Part shown: positions 41,653 to 56,273 of the stretch, piece after piece
Position numbering within the stretch: the stretch's first letter is position 1
How the letters are laid out: each line of letters opens with the position of its first letter
The notes under the pieces: generated by a model
Told to the model about the DNA's origin: nothing
The model's database searches: none
The model's input: the letters and a program-made list of their open reading frames with translations, nothing else
Assembly (NCBI RefSeq): GCF_035084215.1
Contig: NC_090370.1
Coordinates: 25,730,001-25,794,000 of the forward strand
Direction: 5' to 3'
Source of the DNA: Heptranchias perlo
Taxonomy: Eukaryota
Length of the DNA stretch: 64,000 nucleotides
Position numbers and translations under genes: made by a program

Positions 41653-41799
41653 TTTCACCAGGAGGGAGAAGTCGAGTGTTTCTGTGGAGTTTGGGACTGA
41701 ATTGCTCCCTTTGGGTTTCTGGCACTTTCATCATAGACAATAAATAGTTCCCAAACATCAGCCCCTGAACAGACACAAGAAGCTGGTGGAATTTCTCAT

Positions 41800-42750
41800 T
41801 CATAGATATTAAATAAGAGGATGGCAAAAGCGAATAGGAAGAGGTTCGGAAGAAGTCACCAAAACAATTAGGGAAGCAAACAGGAACCAGGAAATCAAAT
41901 TATCAAGGAATATAAAAAGAAATAGTAAATTATTCCACTGACCCAAAAATATCAAAAGGAAAATCAGAATATCTTGAGTGCCACGAAGGGATGCACAAGA
42001 TAAACTCACAGATAACGTCAGCGAAATGGCAGAAATATTGAATTGTGACTTTGTCTCAGTATTTACCCGGGAGATTAACAGGGTGAATATATTAGAGGAA
42101 GAGGTCAATAAAGATATCAAGGCATTTAAGTTAGAAAGTGTGGTTAAACTCCTGGTCCAGATAGATTGCATCTGTGCATATTAAATGAAGCAAGGGTAGA
42201 GATAGCAGAGGCACTGTTACATATATAGGAAAAAATCATCACAAAAAGGAACAGTGCCAGAGGACTGGATGACAGCTAATGTGATTCTTATATTTTAAAT
42301 CAGGTGATAGAACAAGTCCAGGGAACGATAGACCAGTTAACTAAAGGTCGGTGGCAGGAATGATCATGGAATCTTTTACTCAATGATGCAACAGAAAAAC
42401 ATCCAGAAACCGAAAATACAATAAAACAGTTTGACAGAAGGTTTGACAGTTTAAATTACATTTCAACATAACTTATTTGCTTTTCAATTCTCTTCCTCTA
42501 GAAATAAACCCCAGTGCTTTGTTCGCTTTTTATGGCCTTATCAACTTGTGTTGCTACTTTTAATGATTTGTCAATCTGTACCCCGAAATCCCTTGCTCTT
42601 TTACCCCATTTAGACTCTTATTTTCCAAGCAGTATATGGCCTCCTTATTCCCCCTAGCCAAATGCACCACCTCACACCTTTCTATATGGAAATTCAATGG
42701 CCATTTACACCGCCTTTCGGCAAGCTTATTAATTCTTCTTGTATCGGCTA
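41800..42750. mobile_element. Old CR1 ORF2 fragments (both orientations)
   Basis: EMAEILNCDFVSVFT and VPEDW..ANV motifs. Confidence 0.7.
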
Positions 42751-43142
42751 TACCCCCTAAATTAATTACAAGGATTTAACACAGCATTACAACTAATGTT
42801 TGATCTAACAAAATGTACTTGCAACTCGTCTCCATTCCCAGTTTTTCTAAATCCCACTCGTGCAATATAATGTGAAGAATTAGTTTCTGTTCTGTCCCTC
42901 TCTCATCTGCAAACTTCACTGTCCCGGGGTTTGGGGACATCTACTGGCCGGAAGCAGAACTGCAACAGTTCGGAACAAATTGCTGAAACCGGACAATGTG
43001 CAGTGTGAGCGTGTTTGTGATTGGTGGCAGGTACTAAATCAGATTGGATGTCTGACGAAACCAATCAGAGAGTTACAGTTAATAATTATTAAGACCTCAC
43101 TCCGAATGACCCAATCACAATCATTGCCTTCCCCCATCCCTC

Positions 43143-43174
43143 ATTAGCATAGGGCTGTGGGGCTGCCTATTTAA
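43143..43174 (+). promoter_or_regulatory. H2B promoter: octamer-like ATTAGCAT and TATTTAA; CCAAT boxes upstream
   Basis: ATTAGCAT at 43143-43150, CTATTTAA at ~43167-43174, CCAAT at 43061 and 43111. Confidence 0.6.
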
Positions 43175-43227
43175 TCCGAGCTCGGAGCGAATTTGGGTCA
43201 TTTCTCAGTCTGAAATTGAGTTTGAAA

Positions 43228-43602
43228 ATGCCTGAGGACAAGAAAGCAGCTCCCAAGAAGGGCGCCAAGAAAACCTTGAGTAAAGCACCGGGCAAAGGCG
43301 GCAAGAAGCGGAGAAAGTCGAGGAAGGAGAGTTACTCCATCTACATCTACAAAGTGATGAAGCAGGTTCACCCCGACACCGGCATCTCCTCCAAGGCCAT
43401 GAGCATCATGAACTCCTTTGTGACCGATATTTTCGAGCGCATCGCAGGTGAGGCTTCCCGCCTGGCCCATTACAACAAGCGGGCGACTATCAGTTCCCGG
43501 GAGATCCAGACCGCCGTGCGCCTGCTGCTGCCCGGGGAACTGGCCAAGCACGCCGTGTCAGAAGGGACAAAGGCGGTGACCAAATACACCAGCTCCAAGT
43601 AA
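43228..43602 (+). CDS. H2B: Histone H2B (124 aa)
   Basis: [47 protein letters not shown]. Confidence 0.97.
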   Translation: MPEDKKAAPKKGAKKTLSKAPGKGGKKRRKSRKESYSIYIYKVMKQVHPDTGISSKAMSIMNSFVTDIFERIAGEASRLAHYNKRATISSREIQTAVRLLLPGELAKHAVSEGTKAVTKYTSSK

Positions 43603-43632
43603 AACTCCACAATGAACTGAAAAAAAAACAAC

Positions 43633-43673
43633 GGCTCTTTTAAGAGCTACCCACAACCTCTCTGAAAGAGCTG
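43633..43673 (+). terminator. Histone 3' stem-loop and downstream element
   Basis: GGCTCTTTTAAGAGCT-ACCCAC followed by GAAAGAGCTG. Confidence 0.9.
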
Positions 43674-44502
43674 CATTTCCTGTATATTTAATTAGGATCA
43701 TTTTATTGCAGCAATATTATTATTCCAATCGCAAAGTGACTCGAACTACCCCGTTCAAATCCCTGGCCCCTAAAATGAACACGAGTTTATGATCCGCTCC
43801 TTCCCATTTGTTTTGATCTTAAAGCATCACTATTCTGGCCTCTCATCCCCTTTATGGCCCCCTCAGCAATTCCGTTCTATGAATGCAGTTTCTGAAATAT
43901 TTATGGACTGACGTGAAAATCCCCAGATTAACAGTAACCCCACCCCTTGCAGTAACAGCGGAATCGGGGCAGAATGAGAGCTCTGTCCTGGTCCCTCTTT
44001 TCACAGAAGCACTCCCGGCTCTGAGAAGGGACCAATCTGTAACGTTTCACTTTTCTAAAGACTAAAGTCAAATGTGTCCTTTCACGGAATGCTGTGAATG
44101 GGGTTTTAGTCCCGTCCGGTGCAGTTTGAAAGCTATGGTCGAATGAGCCATAATTTAAAGCAGATTTTAAAACAGAGCGAGCGATTAGTGACGGGGAGCG
44201 CTGAATAAGACAAGATAAAAAGAACGGGTTTAAAATCTTGTGCTCAGGGCGACATTGATCGAAATCCGATCCTTCACTGCACTGAAATTGGCGGGCTTTT
44301 TGAAATTCATAAAATTCCTGGTCTGACCGTTGAGGCCGGTAAATCCCGCCCTCTTCTAATTTCCAGCTATCTGGTTGGTTAATGAAATAGGCAAATGAGG
44401 TGTAATAAGGTACAACCAATCAGATGATCTTTCAGTCTTTGAGAAGGGTAAATACAGAAGTCATTCTTCATTCTTTGTGAAAGTGTTTGTGAGATTGTGG
44501 AA

Positions 44503-44937
<435 letters not shown>

Positions 44938-45619
44938 ACCCACTGTATCTTTGAAATGGCTGGTTACTGACTGAAGAGAGTCAGGAATCAATTTAATAAG
45001 GACTTATTATTCCGATTCTCGAACTAACAATAACTTATTAATTACAAATGATCCAGATCGGTCTGTTGAAGTACTCGTTTCCGGACAGCAGATGTCGCCA
45101 ACCTCCAATAGATTGATATTTGCAGTTTATGTGGTGAATGAGACAAAATATCAAAATTGTCATTAAACTGGGCTGGTGGGACACAGAAATACCAGGGACA
45201 TTTGATCATCGGCATCAAGAGGCATTCTGTTGTGTTCCACCCAATATTATTTACAGTCTCATCCTCCGACAACACTTGCTCGGTCTGTGTTATTTTACCC
45301 AGATTTGTGCAACAGAAGCTGACTGATGTGTTGAATATTGTGTCAGCGATTGCTGAATCAAGAATGTGAGTGAAATTTGCCCATGTTATTAGATGTGATT
45401 GAGGGATTGATTCTGTCCCTGTATCAGTTACGAGTGTTCGTGAATGTAACACTAATGTTTTACACTGCTTCTGATTCTAGCGCTGATAGAGAGCAAGACA
45501 CACTGCCTTTCGATCTATTAGTGCGAGTTGCATTAAAACAGCCTCTGCCACTATATCTGCAGGGGGAGAATAGACTGAAACGTTATATCATCCGAGTCTG
45601 ATTCCTGACATCCAGCATG

Positions 45620-45754
45620 GGTTTTAGGTCCCGTCCGATTGCACCTGTCCTTCAGTGCTGGACTCAAATGTCCAGTAAAGTGTTGGAGTGAGGCTTGAAC
45701 TTTGAAACCCCTGACTCCGACATTCGAGTGTTTCCAACCGAGCCAAGCTGACAC
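45620..45754 (-). mobile_element. tRNA-derived SINE head (SacSINE1-like)
   Basis: GTGTCAGCTTGGCTCGGTTGG..GAGTCAG..GTTCAAGCCTCACTCCA with A/B boxes. Confidence 0.55.
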
Positions 45755-46250
45755 GACATTGGAAATGAGAACTTGTATCTCTCGTGCTTTCCACGAGTCC
45801 CTCTCTGCATATATGTCCCAGTAAGTTTGACACTGGGGGTGTATGTACCTCATGTGAAAGAGTGGGGTCGGAATCAGAACTTTCTGCAGCTGTTTGCCAG
45901 AACTTTCTCTGTCCGAATGAGGCACTGGTGGTGATGAGAGTCAGTCTGGTGGAATTCACCTCCCTCCAGTCCTGCGTGTGTGTGAAAATGAAACTGTCTC
46001 CGTTTCAAATTCCTCATGTTGGTCAGTCTGGAATTGGCACTCCTCTCTGGTGCTGAATCTTCGTCCAAAATGAACAGCAGCTGTTTCTGCCATAAAACGT
46101 AGACGTCTCTGTTCCCATCTCTCTGCTGTTATGATGGGCCAACAGATTGTCAGGCCTTGCGTCTGACATCCGCTCCCTCCCCTTTATGCATTTCCCATTT
46201 AATCAAATTTCTGTGAACTGCACGGCCCTGCGATTTCAACCCCAGAGATC

Positions 46251-46292
46251 ACAGCTCTTTCCTTTGCTGATTTGATGGCTCTGAAAAGAGCC
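46251..46292 (-). terminator. H3 stem-loop and downstream element
   Basis: GGCTCTTTTCAGAGCC at 46277-46292, then GGAAAGAGCTGT. Confidence 0.9.
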
Positions 46293-46325
46293 TTTGTTGC
46301 ACTTGGTGCTGAAGGCGGGTCGGGT

Positions 46326-46865
<540 letters not shown>

Positions 46866-47553
46866 TCAGGGAGGGACCGCCCCTGGCCTGTGATTGGCAG
46901 GTTTGAACCGAGCTCTGACAGTCAGAACGAAACGGCGGGAGGTCTTGGGCCCCAATTGGCTGAGCTGAAATTAATCATCAATTTCAAAAAGCCCGCCAAT
47001 TTCAGAGCATCAAATAACAGTTTGAAGAAAATCTCATTTCCCTCCAGCAATTTAAGAATCTCTCTCTTTATAATCTCCATTATTTCCTACTCGTCAGCAC
47101 AAATCTCAGGCTGATTCACATTCCGGTTCATTCTCTGACCTGTCTGTAAACGGGCGGGAATAAAGTCCCGGTCATTGCTTTCCGTGGGAAACTGGTGAAC
47201 GGCTCCTCAAACAGAAACTTCACATCGAACTAATATTTGAATGAGGGCAAGAAATAAACACCGAGCAGAGAGGACACAGCGGGAGAGGGAGTGAGGAGGG
47301 ATTTTACTCTGAGTGAAGAATGTAATGTCTGTGGAAAGACTCTGCATCCCCGCCTGTTCATTTATACCGTGAAACCGGGAATTCCGCACCTTCTCTCGCG
47401 ATGGCCGTGAACCCCGGCCGTTTTTCTGATCTCCCTGTTACGAGTGCTGGAGAAATCTCCCCATATTAATAGAATATCGGAAACTACTTCCCCACCCCGA
47501 GATCGTCCCACTCCCCCTTCCCAGGTCACTGCTCTCTCTGTGAGGCGGTGGGT

Positions 47554-47569
47554 GGCTCTGAGAAGAGCC
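47554..47569 (-). terminator. H4 stem-loop
   Basis: GGCTCTTCTCAGAGCC-ACCCAC. Confidence 0.9.
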
Positions 47570-47604
47570 TTTGTTTTGTGTTTGGTTGGAAAGGGTCGAG
47601 TCGT

Positions 47605-47925
<321 letters not shown>

Positions 47926-48000
47926 TCACTGAAATGAACAGCGAACTCGTGCTGGTTCCCTTTTTTATGCAGCTTGCCCCGACCTGACTGAAACATGCAC

Positions 48001-48135
48001 AGAGTGAAAGTGGGAGGGGAGGAGACAGAGTGAGAAATTAAACAGGGAGGGGAGGAGACAGAGTGAGATATTAAACAGGGAGGGGAGGAGACAGAGTGAG
48101 AAATTAAACAGGGAGGGGCGAGAGAGTCAGAGTGA
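48001..48135. repeat. 33-bp tandem repeat in the H4 promoter
   Basis: AGAGTGAGAAATTAAACAGGGAGGGGAGGAGAC, about 3 copies plus partials. Confidence 0.85.
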
Positions 48136-48800
48136 TGGACAGGGCGGAGAGCGGTCTCTGATCTTCCAGCTCCAACTCCAGCTTTCTCCATCCGCCAATT
48201 TCAAACCGTTCATCGATAATAGAACCGAAACACAGCGGTCCGCACAAACCCTTACAGACTCGGGCTTCATATCCAAGGATTTACAGAAACCCGGAGCTTT
48301 TAAATAAGCCCCGTTACAATTATCAGTCAGTAATATTCCTGCCTAAATACAGTCCCTTCTATAACTGGTCAACCCGCCTGCTTCCATTTCAGTCCCAGAC
48401 CCGATTCTATCTCCCACGCATCCCCTCCCAGACGGATTCAGCAGTTCACAAACACATTATTCCAGCTGATTTGGAGAATCTCATGTGTTGGGGTTTGAAT
48501 TGTGATCGCGGCGGATCTCCGCCAGTTTTCCCCTGTCACGGACCCTGGCCCTGAATCTGTGAGAAAAAGAATGAACTGGGACTGGAGGTGAACACGCCCC
48601 CAGTTACAGTGAGACCCGGCCCGGGTATCCCATTCTCTCTATTTTATATCAGACAGTGGGAGTGGGGCGGGGGGAGCGAATGTCAGCGAGTCACCAGGAC
48701 CCTGGGTTTATTGTAAATGATTTCAATCTGAAATCTGAGCCCGGCCCCGGGACAGGAATCATCTGATTCCGGGATCAGCTCTTTTCTGAGAGACGTGGGT

Positions 48801-48816
48801 GGCTCTGAGAAGAGCC
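48801..48816 (-). terminator. H1 stem-loop
   Basis: GGCTCTTCTCAGAGCC-ACCCAC, with AAAAGAGCTG downstream. Confidence 0.9.
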
Positions 48817-48852
48817 GTTGGGTTCAGATGGTCACAAGTTGCACTTGATTTT

Positions 48853-49479
48853 TTACTTCTTTTTGCCTGCTGCTTTCTTCGGTTTGGGCTTGGCGCTCGG
48901 ATTTTGTACCTTCTTCGCCTTCGCCTTCACTGGCTTTGGGGTCTTGGGCTTCTTCACAGCCGCTTTCTTCTTAATTGGTGATTTCGCCGCCTTCTTTGTG
49001 GTCGATTTCTTGACAGCTGTTTTCTTGACCGCTGGTTTCTTGACCGCTGGTTTCTTGGCCGTTAATTTCCTGGCCGCTGGTTTCTTGGCCGCTGGTTTCT
49101 TTCCGGGAGATTTCTTGGTTCCTTGTTTCTTCACCTTCTTTCCCACTTTTTCCTGGGCTTCCTTCTTAGCGACTCTGAAGGAGCCCGAGGCGCCCGTGCC
49201 CTTGATCTGCACCAGGGAGCCTTTTTCCACATTTCTCTTGATACTTAATTTGATCTGGGTCCGGTGCTTCTCCACATCCAGGCCTTTGGTGGCCAGAACC
49301 TTCTTTATCGCGGCCAGGGATATCCCCTTGCGATCCTTGCAATCCGCCACAATCTTGAGGATCTGTTCGCCCAATTTGGGACCGTCTGTCTTGGGTCGGT
49401 GAACCGCCTTCTTCTTCTTCGGAGCATTGGTTTGAGCGGCGGCGGGAGGTGCCGTTTCGGCGGCTGCAGTATCTGTCAT
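48853..49479 (-). CDS. H1: Histone H1 (208 aa)
   Basis: MTDTAAAETAP.., globular domain RKGISLAAIKK..LVQIKGTGASGSF, Lys/Ala/Pro-rich tail. H1-box AAACACA at 49624-49630. Confidence 0.95.
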   Translation of the reverse strand: MTDTAAAETAPPAAAQTNAPKKKKAVHRPKTDGPKLGEQILKIVADCKDRKGISLAAIKKVLATKGLDVEKHRTQIKLSIKRNVEKGSLVQIKGTGASGSFRVAKKEAQEKVGKKVKKQGTKKSPGKKPAAKKPAARKLTAKKPAVKKPAVKKTAVKKSTTKKAAKSPIKKKAAVKKPKTPKPVKAKAKKVQNPSAKPKPKKAAGKKK

Positions 49480-50052
49480 GTCCGGGACTCTGAAGAAAAT
49501 CTCTCTGACAGTCAGAGCTGGGTCAGAAATGAAACGAGAGGCGGCGGCACAGAGCAACTTAAAGGCCCAGAGCGGACGGGGCGGAGACACCCTGCTGTCA
49601 GCTTTCGGCACCTCCAGCCACTCTGTGTTTCTCTCTCCTCTTAAACTACCCGATTCTAATTATAATCGGGCACTCCAGAGTCCCAGACTAGCCCCTTCCC
49701 ATCTCCAACACCGGAATGTTTGCTGTCGAAAAACTTTCACCGGAATTAAAAGCACCAGTTTCGATTTAAACCCGTTTCATTGCTGCACTGATCGCGCTCT
49801 CTCACCCGATCGCTGACATGATTTCTGTTTTTCGGCTGAAATCTTGAATTGAACTGAAACCGTACCTTTAATTTTCACTTCGGGTCTCGGCAGGGGAGGA
49901 AGGCGATGCTTTGACAGGGATTTTTTTAAAATTTTACTCATATTTGACTCGGACATCCGGCGATGAGACCGGCCACACAAACACAGTGGCATTAATCCAA
50001 ACCGCCCGCCCATTGAACACACTCTCTCTGACACAATGTTCACATCTGTACA

Positions 50053-50257
50053 CAATTTTACAACACCAAGTTATAGTCCAGCAATTTTATTTTAAATTCA
50101 CAAGCTTTCGGAGGCTACCTCCTTCCTCAGGTGAACGATGAGGAAGGAGGTAGCCTCCAAAAGCTTGTGAATTTAAATTAAAATTGCTGGACTATAACTT
50201 GGTGTTGTAAAATTGTTTACAATTGTCAACCCCAGTCCATCACCGGCATCTCCACAT
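50053..50257. mobile_element. ~205-bp fold-back Penelope-like insertion with 13-bp TSD
   Basis: Inverted repeat ~50053-50129 / 50139-50215. TCACATCTGTACA at 50040-50052 and 50257-50269. Confidence 0.85.
50097..50135 (-). ncRNA. Minimal type I hammerhead ribozyme
   Basis: TTCAC-CTGAGGA-AGGAGGTAGCCTCC-GAAA-GCTT-GTGAA with perfect stem I. Confidence 0.8.
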
Positions 50258-51224
50258 CACATCTGTACATTCACAGGACAAACTGTTCGCCAGATTGACA
50301 ATTCCCGGGACAAGCTTTCCTCCCCGCTCGGCCTGTGCTGCGGATTCTCGGGGGTTGGTTGTCGTTTCCCAGCTCAGTAACTGTTAAACACTCTGAGGCC
50401 GGCGCTCCTCACAGTCTCTGGTCTCCAGATTCAGGGACAGGAGCCAATCACAGCTCTGGCTGTGATAATCCATATCTGCTTTTACATTATTGTATTGTTC
50501 GCACACAGAAATATGTTTGGTTAAGTTGAAAATTCAAATTATCCGCTCTGGGCTCCTCCAGTCTCTCTGTGTTTCCTTCTCCTGCTAAACTGACTGACAG
50601 GCAATAGTAACTGGCGTCCGATCCATCCCATTCTCCACACACAGAGACGGCTAGTTACTGAATAAATTCAACACTCACAGACAGTCCGGAGTCAGACTGT
50701 TACAGGCTGTTTCTCGCCACCTTTACTTTTCGGCGGATAAATGCACCGTCAGACCGGCTCATATACAGTAGAAGGGAGAGTAATCGTCTCACCAACAGCA
50801 CAAAGACACAGAATCAGTCTTTCACATTCAATCAGTGGGTCTATATTACGCTCAGTAACAGTGTCCCGCATTGATGTGCAGAACTAAAGAGAGAGAGAGA
50901 GAGAGACGGACCGGCTGATAAACGGACAGACAGAGACACAGTCAGACAGACGCAGAATCAGTCTTACACATCCCATCAATGTGTCCGTTTCACGCTCAGT
51001 AAACATTATTCCAGCTTCATGTACACCGCGAGAGAGAGAGAGATACAGACAGGCACAGTATCAGTCTCACACTTCCCATCAGTGTGTCTGTATCATGCTC
51101 AATAACAGTATCGCACCTCCATATAAAGTACAAGAGAGACAGAGAAACTGAGCTGTAATGAACGGTTTTCACCCAGTAACAAATAGGGAATCACTCCATT
51201 CCAATTGCTATTCCAAGGTTGAAT

Positions 51225-53240
51225 GACAGAAGATGCAGTCTCATCTCTAACTGATCTTATTCCAGAGACAGGCACGTTATTAATCCCACTCTCAGGGACA
51301 GTGTCACACATTTAATCCTCTCTTGCATATTGTACCCTCTGTAATCTTGCAGCAGAGGGCCGTTCAGTATTACTCTCAGTGACCGAGAGTTTCACTCTGA
51401 TTGAAATAAACTGGGACTGTTGCCGTCAGATACTCATCCTGCACAGTCCCAGCAAATACACCGAGTCCCACTTTCCTCCCATGTTTCTCCATGATTGGTT
51501 TGAGAAATCCTCCCTCCAGTTTCGGGTTCACGCGTTACTTTATCAGTAGAGGAACCAAGAATGAACAGAACCCATTGGCTCATTCCACAGCCGCCCACGT
51601 TATCTCTGATCGACCCTTTACCATCAAAATATACCGAGAGAAACAGCAGGGATGGAAACATCTAGTTTAATGGTTGGAGATTGTAAAGTCAGTCTGGATT
51701 CCAGCGTTCGGCACTGGTGGAATCCCATCTGTTTCCCATTCTGGTGCCTGTTCCTGCACTGCCTGTGGACCCCATTCCCTCTGACCTTTCCCCCACTTCC
51801 TTTGCTCAGACTCTGAAAAATTCCAATTGGGGAAAGTTTCCATCGATTTTTGTATTGGGAATTAAACCAGATATCTGCGCATGCGTGACTCAGCCCCGCC
51901 CCCAGCGCTGCTTGGTGGTGAGCAGAAGAGCGCATGCGCGCTCCCCTCCCCCAGCTCGGCCTGTGGGCGACATTCCCTCAGTGAGCGGAAGAAGATGGTT
52001 TAAAACAGCCGGGAATGGAGAGATCACGGCCCCCGGGGGAAGGGAGCAAAGAGCAGCCTCGTTACAGCAGCTCATCGCTTCGGGACCGTGTCCGCAGATG
52101 GGCTCAGAGATCGGCATTGAGTCCGGGGGAAGGTCAGGGGGAGTCCGGGGGCTGTTTGTAAGAGGCGGAGTGGATCAGGAACTGGTCCCGGAACATGGAG
52201 TGAGCGGGGGAAGGGAGAGGTCATTCTCGGGCTGTGTGTGCACAGGGTGTGTCCAGGGGAAGGGAGACAGAATAGGACGAACCTGCTATTTAAATCATTG
52301 CTACTTTCTCTCCCCAAACCAGTAGTGAATTGTTCCTGGTTTCGTTCCAGTCTCACTCTGTTTATTGTTATTGGACAGTGAACATTGGAAACAGAGCCGG
52401 ACAGTAAGGATGTGGGGAGTGAGACAAAGAGCATCAATTGCAGGCACCAGTTGAGAAGTGTGAAGGACACAATTTAAACAGCGGCTGTTTGGTTTCGGTT
52501 GAACGGTTGGTCCCATGGGAGAGGAGATTAGAAACCTGACCTGTACAAAGGTCCCTGCCCCATCGGGTAGTCCCATTCATGGATCAGTGCAGGGGTTGGG
52601 TTTTTTCTGGATGTCACTAAATTGTTATGAAACAGCCCAACACACCTGGTATACAGAAGCTGAGTGCTGCAGTACTGCAGTGGAGTCAGACACTGACACT
52701 CTTTGTAGCACTGGTTTTCACTTGTGGATATTCAAAATGATCATTAACAGAGATATTAAATTGATCACTTTTGTATTTTCGACCTCACCTGTTCCTGAGT
52801 AACAAGATATAATTTTCTTTCTACAGGCAAATCCTTGAACGACCCAGAATAAATGTGATGTTTCCTCCACCCGAGGCAGAAGGAACAGTGCGGCCAGCTC
52901 CTTCTCACACACAGTAGGTACATTATCACACACAGAGATACAGACAGGTCATCAGTTCCACAGTCTCAGACAGCAGAAGTGGTCAGTCCCACACTGATCC
53001 CAGGTTCCAGAGACACATTTTCAATCCAACAGTCAGACAGAGCAGGTGAGGCAGACGCTGTTTCCATTTCCCCCGAACTCAGTCCCGCTGACAGGAAGAT
53101 ACAAAAATCCCAGTCCAAAATCACACTTTCAGATTGAAAGGCACTGTTTCAATGTCACAATAGGGCAACATTAGCTCCGAATTAAATACCAGATAGAAAT
53201 CACACATGGTACCCGATTCAAAGGTACAGAATGAACCCCA
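51225..53240 (+). repeat. Direct segmental duplicate of ~35570-38720 (without the Penelope insert), including the NRF1-motif segment at 51876-52000
   Basis: Collinear high similarity. Confidence 0.9.
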
Positions 53241-53379
53241 ATGATGTCCCTCGAGATTCCAATTGAATACTAGCCCAGAACTCTCACATGTGAGTTTAAT
53301 ACATGCAGTATCGATTCAAATAGTGTATCATGAGAAACAAACTGCAGGCAAGTCCAAAACTCATGTACATTATCAGATT

Positions 53380-55310
53380 GAGAAATGCTGTGACAGTGTA
53401 ACCTGAGAAACAAATTAGAAACCAGTTTATAATACACTCATTGTATGAGATGTAAAGATACAGTATCAATTCTATAAGTGCAGACTGAGATAAACATTAC
53501 ATACCAGTCCAAAAATCTCATATAATATTAGATTGAAAGGCACAGTATCGATTACAATAGTACAGACTGAGCTGCACATTATGTACCAATTCAAAAATCA
53601 CTTTCAGTTTGAAGTATATATTATCATTCACAATATTACAAAGAAATATAGATTTAATAGTGGTCCAAAAAGCACACAAATTATCTGAATAAAAACCTCC
53701 AGCACCAAATCCTAAAGTTAATCCATATTTACCAATTAAATAATGAGAAAAACTATTTAAACATATTAAAGCTACAGTATTGTATGCCACAATATAATCT
53801 GAGAGAATAATTATGGACAGACACAGAATGAATCCCGCACTCATATATGGTACCAGAATTGACAGATACAGAATGAGTCCCACACTCTCATAATGTACCA
53901 GATACTCGCAGATAAAGTATGGATCCCACACTCACAGTACCAGAGACTGAGAGAGACAGAATGAATTGCAAACTTGGAGTTTGAGAAACTGCACATATAT
54001 AATGAATTCAACACACACACACACACACAATATTAGAGACTGTATAAAAAGACGGAAACCCACACTCACACACAGTACCAGAGACTTACAGATACAGAAT
54101 TAATCTCTCAATCATATAGAGTACCAGATGACTGATTCAATCCCACACAAACATACAGTATGAGAAATTGCATATTTAAAATGAATTCAACACCCACATG
54201 CAATACTGGAAACTGACAGACACAGAATGAATCCTAAACAGTATCACGGAGTGAGAGATACAAAGTGAATCTCACAGTCACCTACATTAGTGCAGGCTGA
54301 GTTACAAATTACGTACCAGTCCAAAAATCTCAGTGTCAGATTGAAAGATACAGTATCAATTCCATTAGTGCAGATTGAGCTACATATTATAAACCACTAC
54401 AAAAAAAATCTGATACTGATTCAGACTGAAATATACAGTATTCCATTCATGCAGACTGACCTACACATTATATACAAGTTCAAAAATGCCACCATATCAG
54501 TTTGGAAGATGCACGAAATCACAGTTGTGTTCACATCGAAGCAGATTTAAGAGTAGCCCAAAAAGTGCACTCATTCTCTGATTATAACCTACAGCATCAC
54601 ATTTTAAAGTATATGATTATCTACCACTTAAATACTGGGAAAAATTATTTATACATTTAGGTATGAAAGATACAGTTTTGAACGCCATATTCTAAACTGA
54701 GATACAAATTAGATACAGATAAAGAATGAATCTCATACTCAGATCCAGTGCCAGAGACTAACATATAGAATGAATCTCACACTCACACAATGTACCAGTG
54801 ATTGATAGATACCGAACAAATCCCACACTCACAGACAGTACCAGAGACTGACAGATACAGAATAAACCCCACACTCATGTACAGTAACAGAGACTGTCAG
54901 ATACAGATTAAATCCCACACTCATATACAGTACAAGGGACAGGAGATAAAGATAAAACCCCACAATCACACACAATACCAGAGACAGACAGATACAGAAT
55001 AAACCCCACACTCACACACAGTACCATAGACAGACAGGCGCAGAATGAATCCCACACTCACACACAGTACAAGAGACTGAGAGATGCAGAATGAATCCCA
55101 CTCTCATGTAAAGTACCAGAGACAGACAAATACAAAATAAACCCCACACTCATACAGTACCCGAGACAGACAGATACAGAGCAAACCCCACACTCACACA
55201 CAGTAAAAGAGACAGACAGATACAGAATAAATCCCACACTCATGTACAGTACCAGATACCAACAAATACAGAATAAACCCCACTCTCATATTCAGTACCA
55301 GAGACTGGCC
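53380..55310. repeat. Degenerate 82-bp and ~45-bp satellite arrays
   Basis: Same motifs as 38780-40820. Confidence 0.8.
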
Positions 55311-55784
55311 TCTACTGGACGTAAGCGAGAACTGTAAAAGAGTGGAACAAATTCACTTTGTCTCGTGGTTGCAGAATCAGGACAATGTGCAATGTGAGGA
55401 AAGTTTCTGTCTGTAACTTCTACTCTCGTATTTTTGCACATTTTGATCGTGAAAAATGAGGACAATTTATTCATAATAAAGTTTTGTTTTACTTATTCAA
55501 TAGTTGTGAATTTTCCCCGTTATATTTCACTGTACATTGCGCAGTATTTCTCTCTGATTTCTCAGCTCGATTTACATTACTCCTCTCCCCCGTTTAGACT
55601 CTTATTTTCCAAGCAGTATGTGGCCAACTTGTTCCCCAGGCAAAATGCACCAGCTCACACTTTCTATATTGAAATTCAGTGTTCATTTACACGGCCGTTC
55701 TGCAAACTTACTTTGTTGCAGTCTTCCTCAGTATTGACTATAACCCCCTAAATCAATTATAACAATGTAACACAGCATTACAAC

Positions 55785-56273
55785 ACACGACAACGCAAAA
55801 TCGTCGAGCAGAAATTGATAGCCAAGTTCCGCACCCATGAGGACGGCCTCAACCGGGATCTTGGGTTCATGTCACGCTACACGTTACCCCACCAGCGAAC
55901 AAATGTTATCTGTTTTTAATATAATGGGTCATTTGCTGGCTTTCTCTGCCTTCCTGATGTTTCTGCCTCTCTCTGTTTTTTTTTCCTGTTTGTTTTTTTG
56001 TTGAATGTGTATTCGGGGGTTCTGCAGGTGACACCTCTCTGTCTGAACACGGTGATTGACTTGGCAACGGGCAGTTGCAGGGCAGTCTGTAAACACCATG
56101 TATTGTTCTATATGTATAAATGCGTAGGCTTCAAGGAGCTCCTGAACATTTACCTGAGGAAGGAGGAAGCCTCCGAAAGCTTGTGAATTTAAAATAAAAT
56201 TGCTGGACTATAACTTGGTGTTGTAAAATTGTTTACAATTGTCAACCCCAGTCCATCACCGGCATCTCCACAT
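55785..56273 (+). mobile_element. 5'-truncated Penelope-like 3' end with 9-bp TSD
   Basis: TRQRKIVEQKLIAKFRTHEDGLNRDLGFMSRYT. TSD CATTACAAC at 55776-55784 and 56274-56282. Empty site at ~42785. Confidence 0.9.
56148..56188 (+). ncRNA. Minimal type I hammerhead ribozyme
   Basis: ATTTAC-CTGAGGA-AGGAGGAAGCCTCC-GAAA-GCTT-GTGAAT. Confidence 0.78.

Noticed and set aside
45138-45326. ORF MRQNIKIVIKLG.. present three times
   Set aside because: It is duplicated H2A downstream flank with different stop positions.
50139-50171. Plus-strand hammerhead in the mini fold-back element
   Set aside because: Lacks the 5' strand of stem I and the C of CUGA, and GAAA is mutated to AAAA.
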